DNA of 64,000 nt from Octopus sinensis (Eukaryota). The translations under genes were made by a program, and so were the position numbers. This document shows positions 12,329 to 24,656 of the stretch, piece by piece. Numbering within the stretch: position 1 is the stretch's first letter; every line of letters begins with the position of its first letter. Where the stretch lies: positions 134,106,001-134,170,000 of the forward strand of contig NC_042998.1 of the NCBI RefSeq assembly GCF_006345805.1, written 5' to 3'. The notes under the pieces were generated by a model, which saw only the letters and a list, made by a program, of their open reading frames with translations, was not told the DNA's origin and searched no databases.

Positions 12329-14304
12329 TGAATACATCATAAATAAACCAACCTTATGTAGCGAAGACGAACAGACAACTGTTCACTCCGGCCAAGCACA
12401 TGGAATGTTTATAAATCATATATCCGGTAAATGGCGGCTTTTTACGAACTGCATGTCGGGTAATGAAAAGTATTTCGGAATAAGTTTAACAATTAAGGAT
12501 AATCTCTTAATAAGGGATCTTAACAAGAAATTATCGGGTAGCTAGCGTGAAAACCTCATAAAAGAAAAGAATCCGAAAATAATTTTTTTCTTTTGAACAA
12601 ATTAATTATATCTATATTGTATAAAGGGCATTATTACACATAAATGCCTCACACTAGGAGGGACAAAGTCATTACTACCAAAAATTATACTAATCATACC
12701 AAATGCAGTTTTTCAAAGCAAGACATTTAAAAATGAATTATGTTCTGTATCACCGTGATTTCACATACAACTTGCGTCTAATGATCGTCAGCAGAACTGA
12801 TTCTGAATACATCATAAATAAACCAACCTTATGTAGCGAAGACGAACAGACAACTGTTCACTCCGGCCAAGCACATGGAATGTTATAAATCATATATCCG
12901 GTAAATGGCGGGCTTTTTACGAACTGCATGTCGGGTAATGAAAAGTATTTCGGAATAAGTTTAACAATTAAGGATAATCTCTTAATAAGGGATCTTAACA
13001 AGAAATTATCGGGTAGCTAGCGTGAAAACCTCATAAAAGAAAAGAATCCGAAAATAATTTTTTTCTTTTGAACAAATTAATTATATCTATATTGTATAAA
13101 GGGCATTATTACACATAAATGCCTCACACTAGGAGGGACAAAGTCATTACTACCAAAAATATACTAATCATACCCAAATGCAGTTTTTCAAAGCAAGACA
13201 TTTAAAAATGAATTATGTTCTGTATCACCGTGATTTCACATACAACTTGCGTCTAATGATCGTCAGCAGAACTGATTCTGAATACATCATAAATAAACAA
13301 CCTTATGTAGCGAAGACGAACAGACAACTGTTCACTCATTTATGATGTATTCAGAATCAGTTCTGCTGACGATCATTAGACGCAAGTTGTATGTGAAATC
13401 ACGGTGATACAGAAATAATTCATTTTAAATGTCTTGCTTTGAAAAACTGCATTTGGGATGATTAGTATAATTTTTGGTAGTAATGACTTTGTCCCTCCTA
13501 GTGTGAGGCATTTATGTGTAATAATGCCCTTTATACAATATAGATATAATTAATTTGTTCAAAAGAAAAAAATTATTTTCGGATCTTTTCTTTTATGAGG
13601 TTTTCACGCTAGCTACCGATAATTTCTTGTTAAGATCCCTTATTAAGAGATTATCCTTAATTGTTAACTTATTCCGAAATACTTTTCATTACCCGACATG
13701 CAGTTCGTAAAAAGCCCGCCATTTACCGGATATATGATTTATAAACATTCCATGTGCTTGGCCGGAGTGAACAGTTGTCTGTTCGTCTTCGCTACATAAG
13801 GTTGGTTTATTTATGATGTATTCAGAATCAGTTCTGCTGACGATCATTAGACGCAAGTTGTATGTGAAAATCAGGTGATGATACAGAACATATTCATTTT
13901 TAAATGTCTTGCTTTGAAAAACTGCATTTGGGTATGATTAGTATAATTTTGGTATAGTAATGACTTTGTCCCTCCTAGTGTGAGGCATTTATGTGTAATA
14001 ATGCCCTTTATACAATATAGATATAATTAATTTGTCAAAAGAAAAAAATTATTTTCGGATTCTTTTCTTTTATGAGGTTTTCACGCTAGCTACCCGATAA
14101 TTTCTTGTTAAGATCCCTTATTAAGAGATTATCCTTAATTGTTAAAAACTTATTCCGAAATACTTTTCATTACCCGACATGCAGTTCGTAAAAAGCCCGC
14201 CATTTACCGGATATATGATTTATAAACATTCCATGTGCTTGGCGGAGTGAACAGTTGTCTGTTCGTCTTCGCTACATAAGGTTGGTTTATTTATGATGTA
14301 TTCA

Positions 14305-14373
14305 GAATCAGTTCTGCTGACGATCATTAGACGCAAGTTGTATGTGAAATCACGGTGATACAGAACATAATTC
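14305..14373 (+). ncRNA. Type I hammerhead ribozyme motif (representative copy; one per monomer, nine copies in total)
   Basis: GAAT-CA-GTTCTG | CTGACGA | TCATTAGAC-GCAA-GTTGTATGT | GAAA | TCAC-G-GTGA | TA | CAGAAC-ATA-ATTC. The catalytic core is complete, helix I has 6 bp plus an internal loop plus 4 bp, helix II has a GNRA loop, and the predicted cut follows A14360. The 10.1/11.1 pair is a non-canonical U-U. Confidence 0.75.
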
Positions 14374-15232
14374 ATTTTTAAATGTCGCTTTTGAAAAACT
14401 GCATTGGGTATTATGATTAGTATATTTTTGGTAGTAATGACTTTGTCCCTCCTAGTGTGAGGCATTTATGTGTAATAATGCCCTTTATACAATATAGATA
14501 TAATTAATTTGTTCAAAAGAAAAAAATATTTTCGGATTCTTTTCTTTTATGAGGTTTTCACGCTAGCTACCCGATAATTTCTTGTTAAGATCCCTTATTA
14601 AGAGATTATCCTTAATTGTTAAACTTATTCCGAAATACTTTTCATTACCCGACATGCAGTTCGTAAAAAGCCCGCCATTTACCGGATATATGATTTATAA
14701 ACATTCCATGTGCTTGGCGGAGTGAGTGAACAGTTGTCTGTTCGTCTTCGCTACATAAGGTTGGTTTATTTATGATGTATTCAGAATCAGTTCTGCTGAC
14801 GATCATTAGACGCAAGTTGTATGTGAAATCACGGTGATACAGAACATAATTCATTTTTAAATGTCTTGCTTTGAAAAACTGCATTGGGTATGATTAGTAT
14901 AATTTTTGGTAGTATGACTTTGTCCCTCCTAGTGTGAGGCATTTATGTGTAATAATGCCCTTTATACAATATAGATATAATTAATTTGTTCAAAAGAAAA
15001 AAATTATTTTCGGATTCTTTTCTTTTATGAGGTTTTCACGCTAGCTACCCGATAATTTCTTGTTAAGATCCCTTATTAAGAGATTATCCTTAATTGTTAA
15101 ACTTATATATATATATATATATAATATATATATATATATCAAGAAAGTAAAATATTATTTAGAATTTTTTACCACCGTGGCCTAGCGTGTAGAAAAACTA
15201 GTCAATAGACTATATATTATTCATGATATATA

Positions 15233-15480
15233 CAGTGTACTTTGAAACACATAACAGATGGCCATAATCGGACATCTAACCGGCTAGAGGGAGCAGTTAA
15301 AGTCAAAACCACAAATAGGGGTAATTTCGAAAGTGAATGAAAAGTAAAAACATTTACCATCTATTTCCTGAACCATGGTTTCAAGCTATCTTCAGCAAAT
15401 AAAGTAATTTATTTAACTACTCCTTCAAGCGGGTTAGATGTCCGATTATGGCCAACTGTTATGTGTTTAAATGTACACTG
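15233..15480. mobile_element. MITE with ~70-bp TIRs (Tc1/mariner-type ends)
   Basis: cagtgtactttgaaacacataacagatggccataatcggacatctaacc at the left end matches the reverse complement of ggttagatgtccgattatggccaactgttatgtgtttaaatgtacactg at the right end. TA context. Confidence 0.85.
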
Positions 15481-15523
15481 TGTATATATAATGTACATAT
15501 ATATGTATATTTATATATGTATA

Positions 15524-15559
<36 letters not shown>

Positions 15560-16899
15560 TGAATGTATGTATGTATGCATGTATGTATATATATTATATA
15601 TAATATATATAGTATATATAATATATATATATATATATTATATCTTATATATTCTGAGGGAAAACCAGCAGGATAAACAGATTGTTACCACATGAAAACC
15701 AGATCCTGTTCTGACAGCTGAAGAAAACACCAATTGCTGCGTTATTAATTACAATGCGAAGGTATAATAATCCCAAACCAATTATGAGTTAACAAATTTA
15801 CGCTAATTAATTGCAAATATTTTAATTTTTACTTTTGATCATGTAATCTAAGCTAACTAATTGGAAGTTGTTGCTTTACTTAGTGATAAAAGTTGTTGAA
15901 CACTTTGATGACAGTCAAGCTGCTTTTATAATACTTCAGGACACTAGCAATTGTTTATCTAGGTATGTATATATGTGGCGGGGTACGTGTGTGTATATGT
16001 GTGTGCAACTGTGTATGATTTCGTGTATGTATGTATGCATGTATGTGTGTATGTATGTATGCATGTATGTATGCATGTACGTATGTATGCATGTATGTAT
16101 GTATGCATGCACGTATGAATTATGTATAATTGTATGTCTGAATATATGTTGATATACATGCGTGAATATACGTATGTTTGTATGCATGTTTATATATATA
16201 TATGCATGTAAGCATGCATGTATTTATGAATGTATGTGTATGTATGCATGCATATATCTACATGAATATAAACTTATATGTATAAATGTATGTATATATA
16301 TATACATATGTATTTTCTTCTTTGGAATTTTTTTCTTTTTGTTTGCAGAATTCAAACTGGTCAATAACGAAGTGACGAAGCTCTTGGGATTTATGAATAC
16401 ATAGAAATTAATTATTAGCAACAGAAACAATGTTAATACCAAAAGGTAATTTTGATATCCAACTTAACGCAGAAGACAAACAATCTAGTATTCGGCGTTC
16501 TAACAAAGCAACCATATAAAGCTGGATGTAAAGATGGCCTTTTGATATCAATAGTGTTTTACTTGCAAATAATAATTTTTTTAATAAGCCTGCTGGCCAT
16601 TTGCAACATTAGTGCCTGATAAGTCACTGAAATTCTATATATTGTTGGCAGTGAAATTCGGCTGGCATGCGGCTACCAGACGTCTTTCACTGACGGGACG
16701 GAGTACGTCGAAATCACGTGATCTGGATGTTCCGGCATCCGCATCAGACGGTTCTCATCTGCCAACGATATAAATATGCGTGCTTTATGCACCATGCGTC
16801 CATATCAGAGTTCCTTTCAAGGCTAATAATGCACATTCGGTGTTCTAACAATACATCCACATTAAGTTGGATATAAAGATTACAGGTGAATTGGTGTGG

Positions 16900-18185
16900 G
16901 CATGTGTGTGTGTAATAGAAACAAATGAATGTCTATATACTCAATATAAGAGCTGTTTATTTTCTCATTAGCTATTCTCCTTTTCCACGGATTTTGACGA
17001 GACCTTCTTATCTGCCGGACAGTTGTCCTCTCCAGCAATGCATTACTTCAGGACATGTCCATAAATACCTGTCCTATTGCACTTGTACTGGGCTGCTATT
17101 TTTATTTGAATGCTCTATCATTAATCTTTATTTTTAAAGGTGTTTACACATTCTGTTTGTTATGTGCCTTTGGCGTGGCCATCATGATCCCTTCCTGCGG
17201 ATGGTATTGCAAATAGTTTTAGCGACAGTGCTATGCCCAGTAGAAAGCTGGTGTCTTGTAGGCCTTTTTGGACAAATGCTGATGGCGTAGGCGATATCTT
17301 CCACACTGACGTGGCACAATTGACATTTTCTATCACACCGTGGTGAACTATTGGAATCCTTATCTTTTTATATTGATCAGGTATTTAATACCTTTTCTCT
17401 TGTTTCGGGATAACAAGATCGTAACGTTTCAGGTAGGATCTGATGTACCTATCGCAAGTTCAGATAGGCTACTGTTTCTCTCAATGTTATTGGTCTTCTC
17501 TAAATTACGGGATATTTACCCTTGAGATGATAAGTATTTCTCCTTCAAATTTCTGTTTGATTAGATAAATCCAATTACCCTTTGTTAATATGAAACAGCT
17601 TTACACTCAGCGTACCAATTCATGTGTTCTTCACCTAACATCGTGATGTTGCCACTTTCGCTGTTAAGCACACACTTGATGTGTTCATTTCTCTCTTTAC
17701 TGTAAGTGTTCTCTAAGTGATCCAATGTGACACTTAAAGGCAGTCTAGAATAACCTTACATCTCTGCCTTCATCTTTCCGTTTAACATAGATCAGCTAGT
17801 GTCACTGTTGATGTGAAAGCTACCAGTTGTTAGTATCTTTCTAGTTTTAATGTGTTTAAGTTGTGAATTTTTAGATGTGTCCAGCATATCTCAATTACTG
17901 GTACTAGTACTGGCCCTGCGAAAGTATTGTGGGAGATGGTCTTATTAAATGCAAACAGCTCTTGTTTCCATATCTTCCAAAGTTTGCTGAAATATTCTAT
18001 TGTTACTTTAGCTTTTCTCACAGAACCAACGCATGCAATATTCTTGTCGATTTCAAGGTAATCATATCATCCTTCACTGGTGATAGAGGAAGACAGGCAA
18101 ACTGCTGATAACCATGTTGCCTGCCTGATCGACAATCTTTCCTCGATTAACTACCATATGTATTCATCTTGACCAAACTCCATAC
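16900..18185 (-). pseudogene. Heavily decayed R4/Dong-clade LINE fragment (RT C-terminus, zinc finger, RLE)
   Basis: Minus strand gives MEFGQD, YLEIDKNI..KAKVTIEYFSKLWKIWKQELFAFNKTISHNTFAGPVLVP, CDRKCQLCHVSVEDI..ISICPK and NCPADKKVSSKSVEKEN, collinear with the elements at 35-54 kb. Confidence 0.7.
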
Positions 18186-18194
18186 CTATATACC

Positions 18195-18580
18195 TTTTCT
18201 ACTCTAGGCACAAGGCCCGAAATTTTCGGGGAGGGGCCAGTCGATTAGATCAACCCCAGTACGCAACTGGTACTTAATTTATCGACCCCGAAAGGATGAA
18301 AGGCAAAGTCGAACTCGGCGGAATTTGAACTCAGAACATAAAGACAGGCGAAATACCTATTTCTTTGCTACCCACAAGGGGCTAAACACAGAGGGGACAA
18401 ACAAGGATAGACAAACGGATTAAATCGATTCCATCGACCCCAGTGCGTAACTGGTACTTAATTTATCGACCCCGAAAGGATGAAAGGCCTCAGCGGAATT
18501 TGAACTCAGAACATAAAGACAGGCGAAATACCGCTAAGCATTTCGCCCGGCGTGCTAATGTTTCTGCCAGCTCACCGCCT
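18195..18580 (-). mobile_element. Composite (dimeric or nested) SINE
   Basis: Two SINE bodies with different tails, joined at 'gaaatac|ctatttcttt'. Confidence 0.8.
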
Positions 18581-19053
18581 TTCCATGCATACTTACCGTG
18601 AGAATATTATACCTCTTGGTGTCATGAATATTTCTTGAATACAGCTATAGATCTTCAAAGAAAGGTGAATGACGTTAAACTTTTTTCTCCTCTGCAACAT
18701 CATCCAACCATACACAAACACTACCAATCGTTACAAGACTAATACCTACATTCCTAAACCATCGTCTACCATATATAAACAAACGCCAACGTGCATACAC
18801 CACCCATAAAAACAGAAAATCAAACCAACGAGAAGACTTCTACGTTGTCACTCAGCTCGAAAAAGAAACCAAATATCATTCAAGCGTCTTGAAAATTGAA
18901 AGATACATCGGTTAATGAGCCCCTATGCACACTATAAAATTCTAGAGCCCCATACGGTCATGTGACGGTCATGGTTAGAATGCATTTAATCATAAGTTTA
19001 GTTCAATCATTACTAATTCCATCACTCTCTCTCTGTTTCCTCCTCTCCCTTTC

Positions 19054-19089
<36 letters not shown>

Positions 19090-19139
19090 AATGTCTGATC
19101 CCTCTCTTTCCACTCACCCGCACACACATCTGCTTGTGT

Positions 19140-19184
19140 GTGTGTGCCTGAGTGTGTACATACATATATGTATGTATGTATGTA

Positions 19185-19229
<45 letters not shown>

Positions 19230-19336
19230 ATATTCGTACATATATGATATCATATATGATATCTCTTTCCACCTAACCACACACACATCTGTATGTGTGT
19301 ATTCCTGTGTGTATGCAAGCAGATATGTATATATAT

Positions 19337-19390
<54 letters not shown>

Positions 19391-19395
19391 ACATA

Positions 19396-19463
<68 letters not shown>

Positions 19464-19529
19464 TATAACTACATATATGTATGAATACACACAAGCACAC
19501 GCACAAACACACACAACACACACACACCA

Positions 19530-19561
<32 letters not shown>

Positions 19562-19638
19562 TACATATAATATTATATATATATACATATAATATATACA
19601 TATATATATATACATAATATATATATATAGATATATAT

Positions 19639-19693
<55 letters not shown>

Positions 19694-19726
19694 ATATATT
19701 ATATATATATATATATATATAATAAA

Positions 19727-19759
<33 letters not shown>

Positions 19760-19760
19760 G
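19140..19760. repeat. Long compound (TA)n/(CA)n microsatellite block
   Basis: Direct reading of the sequence. Confidence 0.9.
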
Positions 19761-20786
19761 TGTGTGATAGCAATGAAAGACCGAAGATGGAATATACGAG
19801 AATTTATTATTAATCACGACCATTATATATATATTTATGTGTGGTGTGTGTGTGTGTATATATACACGTACATATATGATATCATATATATATTTATATC
19901 ATATATATTTTATATATATATATACATACATATGTACCTATCTACATATCTATCAATCGTATCTGTCTATCTATCTATCTATTTATCTATCTATCTATTT
20001 AATATTTTTTGTTAGATCAGACTGGCGCCAGTCAGAGAGACAGCCAGACACTCAGGCAGACAGTGAGATATAAAGGTCTGGAGATTGACGTAAGAGCTAA
20101 ATGAACTAACTGTCTTTATATGTTGCATACTTCAGGGTCGTTTGCTACGAGATAGAGAAGGAAATAGCTTAAGAAGCAGGGTGCAAGAAAAAGAGAGAGA
20201 GAGAGAGAGAGAGAAGAGAAAGAAAGAAATAGAGGAACAAACATGTAGGAGAGTGGTAGACAAAGGAAAAGAAATTCTGATTAAAGGGGAGTTTGAAGAG
20301 AAAAAGCCAAAGATGCGAATTGGAGGAGAATGATGGAGATGTATTCAGAGAGATGAGGAGAGAGATGAAGGAGAGAAGGAATGGATAAGGTTGAAAGTGC
20401 AGGTTGATGAGAAAGAGACAGAAAAAGGGGAAAAGAGAATATTCTATACATGTGTACGTACATGTAAGCATATAAATATAGGTATAGGCAAGATTTGAGA
20501 AGCTTAAATAATGAAACTACATAGGGAAATGTATTGCAGTGATGTATTATATAGATTAATATGATTTTGCTAACAATGAAAATATGTTTCTATGTCCAAG
20601 CATGAGTGTCTTGTGCTATTGAAAGTGCATTTCTATAAAGAAAATCTCAAAAGAATTATATAATAATGAGCTGAATGTGGTAGGTTACTGTTGTTGTTAT
20701 TCGAAGAGAAACGGTTGTTTGTTTGGTTTTTACCAAAGTACATCGGTGAAAGATATGTACGTATGAAAGATATATACGTGCGTATA

Positions 20787-21015
20787 AGGCGGCGAGCTGG
20801 CAGAAACGTTAGCATGCCGGGCGAAATGCTTAGCAGTATTTCGTCTGCCGCTACGTTCTGAGTTTAAATTCTGTCGAGGTCGACTTTGCCTTTCATCCTT
20901 TCGAGGTCGATAAATAAAGTACCAGTTTCGCACTGGGGTCGATGTAATCGATTTAATCCCTTTGTCTCTCCTTATTTGTCCCCTCTGTTTAGCCCCTTGT
21001 GGGCAATAAAGAAAT
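20787..21015 (+). mobile_element. Full-length tRNA-derived SINE with the 'gcccc ttgtggg..aaagaaata' tail
   Basis: Head aaggcggcgagctggcagaaacgttagca, the shared body, and a tail ending in (TA)n. Confidence 0.85.
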
Positions 21016-21339
21016 ATATATATACGTGCGTATGTATGCACCCGCTCACCTACCCATACACATACGAACACATGACGAGTTCTGTACACATTTTGTTTAC
21101 CATATTTTACTCACTAGTCAAACCGAGACTATGGCTGATACAACTTCTCCAAGGCGCTACAGAATAGGATCGAACTAGCAACCATATGATTGTGAAGGGT
21201 ACTTCTTTACCAACCTTCAATGCCTGTGTCCGCAAAACAGACTGCCAACCAAAAATAATAACAAGCCATCTAACAAGAATCGAACCATGTATCTGTTGGC
21301 TGTGGGACAAACATATTATCGCCAGCGGGTTCATTGTTA

Positions 21340-21905
21340 ATATTTTATTTCAGATTCGTCCGTCCTTACGTTCTGAGTTCAAATTCCATCGAAGCCGACT
21401 TTGCCTTTCATCCTTGATAAAATAAATACCAGTTATTGAGCCAAAATTTGAAACTAATATTTTTTCTCAGATTAAAACGACAAGCTGGCAGAATCGTTTC
21501 CGAGCCGAGAAAAATGCTAAGCGACATTCTCTAGAATGTCGGGGGAAATATACCTTCGGCATTTGCTCCAGCTCTTTATGATCTAAGTTCAAATCTGACT
21601 GATGCCGACTTTGCCTTTCATCCTTCTGGAATCGATGGGATTGACTAGCCCTTCGCCTAAAATTATTGGCCTCGCACCTAAGTCAGAAATATTATTACAG
21701 CACGCTGGTAGAGTCGTTAGCACGCCGGACAAAATGCCTGGCGGCATTTCGTCCGCCTTCGCGTTCTAAGTTCAAATTCCATTGAGGTTGACTTTGCCTT
21801 TCATCCTTTCGGGATCGATAAATTAAGAACTAATGAAACACTGAGATCGATGTAACTGACTAGTCCCCTCCCGCCAAAATTTCAGGCCTTGTGCCTTTTG
21901 TAGAA
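21340..21905 (+). mobile_element. Cluster of three same-orientation SINE copies
   Basis: The body 'gttctgagttcaaattcc..gactttgcctttcatcc' recurs at ~21368, ~21585 and ~21762. Confidence 0.75.
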
Positions 21906-21913
21906 AGGTTTAC

Positions 21914-21936
21914 TATTATTATTATTATTATTATTA

Positions 21937-21969
<33 letters not shown>

Positions 21970-21977
21970 TATTATTA

Positions 21978-22045
<68 letters not shown>

Positions 22046-22128
22046 TACATGCATCTCTCTGTCCTTTATACGTACGTGCATACATACATACATACATACA
22101 TACATACATACATACATACATACATACA

Positions 22129-22159
<31 letters not shown>

Positions 22160-22200
22160 GTGCATATATACATACATACGTATGTGCATATGTACGTACA
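21914..22200. repeat. (ATT)n followed by (CATA)n microsatellites
   Basis: Direct reading of the sequence. Confidence 0.95.
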
Positions 22201-22645
22201 TATATAACACGCCTAATTCTAAGTAATAAATCATTGTACAATACGTAAGTATTTAACTTAAGAAGATAAAATATCGTTCACTGTCTATTGTTGCTATGAT
22301 ATATCCATACTGCAATGATAATTTCATATGTTGCTACGAAACAGATAGATGCTACTTGTTATTCTGAGGTTTGTCAGTAGCTGGTTAACTGGTTAATGTA
22401 GATCTTAGAGTTGCTTGGATGGTATTGCCGTTTGGTTGGCAATTAACTGAGGATATTTGCAAAGCAAAAATATAATCAGTGATAGTTATGGTGACCGAAA
22501 GCTTAGCAATGCTTTTGCAGCCTCAGCCTATAGCCAAGTTAGGCCCATTTCCTGTCCCTTGTGGGACTGCAACGGTCTCCCATCTAATCTCAATTCATTT
22601 TTGCGTTACCTTATTTTTATGTACCTTTATGCAACTGGTACTCCG

Positions 22646-22820
22646 TCGGTTACGACGACCAGGGTTCCAGTTGATCCGATCAGCAAAGCAGCCGGCTCGT
22701 GAAATCAAAGCGCAAGTGACTGAGCACTCTCCAGATACGCGTACCCTTAACGTAGTTCCCAAGGAGATTTGGCGTGATACACATTGTGACAAGGGTGGTC
22801 CTTTGAAATACAGGTTTACC
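22646..22820 (-). mobile_element. 3' part of another dispersed SINE-like repeat
   Basis: 'ctggtactccgtcggttacgacgaccagggttccagttgatccgatca...cccttaacgtagttc' resembles an abundant octopus repeat as I recall it; not verified. Confidence 0.5.
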
Positions 22821-22967
22821 TTTTCATCGATTACTATCCTCTACCACTGATTCCATGCTGTCATGCTTACTGCCCCGCTCCCAATTCCCTTCGCCTCTTT
22901 CTATTGTATTTCTTACTTTTCTCTTCTTTACACACACACACACACAACACATACACACGTACATATA

Positions 22968-23300
22968 ATCCTTTCTACTAAAGACACAAGGCCTGAAATT
23001 TGTGGGGAGGGTACTAGTCGATTCACTGGCACTTAATTTATCGACCTCGGCGGAATTTGAACTCAGAACGTAGCGGCAGACGAAATACCTATTTCTTTAC
23101 TACTCAAAGGGGCTAAACAGGACAGACAAACGGATTAAGTCGATTATATCGACCCCAGTGTGTAACTGGTACTTATTTAATCGACCCCGAAAGGATGAAA
23201 AGCAAAGTCGACCTCGGCGGAATTTGAACTCAGAACGTAGCGGCAGACGAAATACCGTTAAGCATTTCGTCCAGCGTGCTAACGACTCGGCCGGCTCGCG
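22968..23300 (-). mobile_element. Composite SINE with the same junction as 18195-18580
   Basis: Junction 'gacgaaatac|ctatttctttactac'. Confidence 0.8.
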
Positions 23301-23738
23301 TATATATCATGAAATTAAATAAAGGAAAAGGAACAGGAAATCGTGTAATGAAGTTCACTATCTTACAGTTGTTTCTGAGATCTGCGTGCTTGTGCACCAA
23401 CGCAGTGCTTAGTTGCGTTGCTTTATTCTTTCTGGATTTAAATCGCGTTGGATCGAATTACGCATTTCATTCTTTCAAAATCAATAAAACAAATACCGAC
23501 GTACTATTCATATCAATTTGATTTAAAAGTCTGTGTCTCTTCTGAAGTATGTGGCCTTGTTCCAATCATTAGTAATCAAAGTTTAATTTGTAATATAAGA
23601 ACTAATTTGTTGACGATTATAACGCGAATTTACAAATATGCGTGTGTGTTTGTGAGAGTCTGTGTATAGGGTATATACACATATAAGCATTATACACACA
23701 TACATACATACATACATACATACATACATACATACATA

Positions 23739-24656
23739 CAGAATCGTTAGCACGTTGGACAAACTGCTTAACAGTATTTCACCTGTCAATACGTCCTGAG
23801 TTCAAATTCCGCAGAGGTCAACTTTACTTTTCATCCTTTTGGGGTCGATAAATTAAATACCAGTGAAACACTGGGTTCGATGTATTCGACTAGTCCCCTC
23901 CCACCAAATTTCAGGCCTTGTGTGTGTAGCAGAAAGGATTATATGTACGTGTAAAAAAGAATACTGGTGGAATGTACCAGTGAAGACCTCAATAAAATGT
24001 AAGCACAACAGACCTGATATAATGATTTGGGATTGAGAAAAGAAACTGTGTACAGTTGTGGAAATTAGCTGCCCACCGGATGTTGACATAAATCTGAAGA
24101 TCAGTGAAAAAGAGAAAACCTATGCTGAATTATTGAGAAATCTCCGCAATTACTTTATCCAGATTACAAGTTCAGGTCTATACCTGTAACTATTGGGTTC
24201 CTGGGATATGTAGCGCTCTGCCTAAATACCAATCTTGAGAAATTAGGCTTCTGAGAACCAGAAAGGAGGAAGCTAATTCGAAGACTACAGATCCAATCCA
24301 TCACTGGAACTGTAAAAATCTGTAAAACTTTCCAGAAGTTTATCATTTAAATATATACGAGCATGTCTAGATATGCAACTATATGCATGAGAAAACATAC
24401 ATAAAACATACAAATCTGCACATCATACATACATACATACATACATACATACACACACACAAACATACATACATACATACATACATACATACATACATAC
24501 ATACATACATACATACATACATACATACAGATAAACAAACAAACAAACAAAAGCACTCTTGTGATGTTGAAGTTCCAATGAAAGAACCTTGGATCTAGGT
24601 TAGAAACCGGTTCTTTCTCTATTGGCAAGAAATCTAGAAATAATCTAAATAATGAT
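23739..24656 (+). mobile_element. Chimeric SINE plus R4/Dong RLE 3'-end unit in (CATA)n
   Basis: SINE at 23739-23942, then KEYWWNVPVKTSIKCKHNRPDIMIWD..LCTVVEISCPPDVDINLKISEKEKTYAELLRNL, a 3' UTR with internal (CATA)n, and the terminus ...aaataatgat|atac. Confidence 0.8.

Larger units (their letters stand above)
11185..15105. repeat. Tandem array of ~476-bp monomers with a central inversion (candidate non-LTR retrozyme array)
   Basis: Monomer starts (tattgtataaaggg) at 11185, 11661, 12139, 12615 and 13090. Orientation flips at 13337/13338. Inverted monomers end at 13540, 14017, 14494 and 14971, and the array stops at ~15105. Both ends abut (TA)n. Confidence 0.95.

Noticed and set aside
11309-14884. 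Repeated short ORFs (MQFFKARHLK..., MPHTRRDK...) in the 476-bp monomer
   Set aside because: No recognisable domain, antisense to the ribozyme strand, and broken differently in each copy by indels. There is no evidence they are coding.
11185-15105. CRISPR-like or prokaryotic interpretation of the tandem array
   Set aside because: There is no short repeat/unique spacer alternation, monomers are near-identical over their full length, and the context is eukaryotic.
16349-16445. Possible exon (polypyrimidine tract..gcag| ... aag|gtaatt)
   Set aside because: All three frames contain stops and there are no supporting neighbouring exons. The splice-like signals could be chance.
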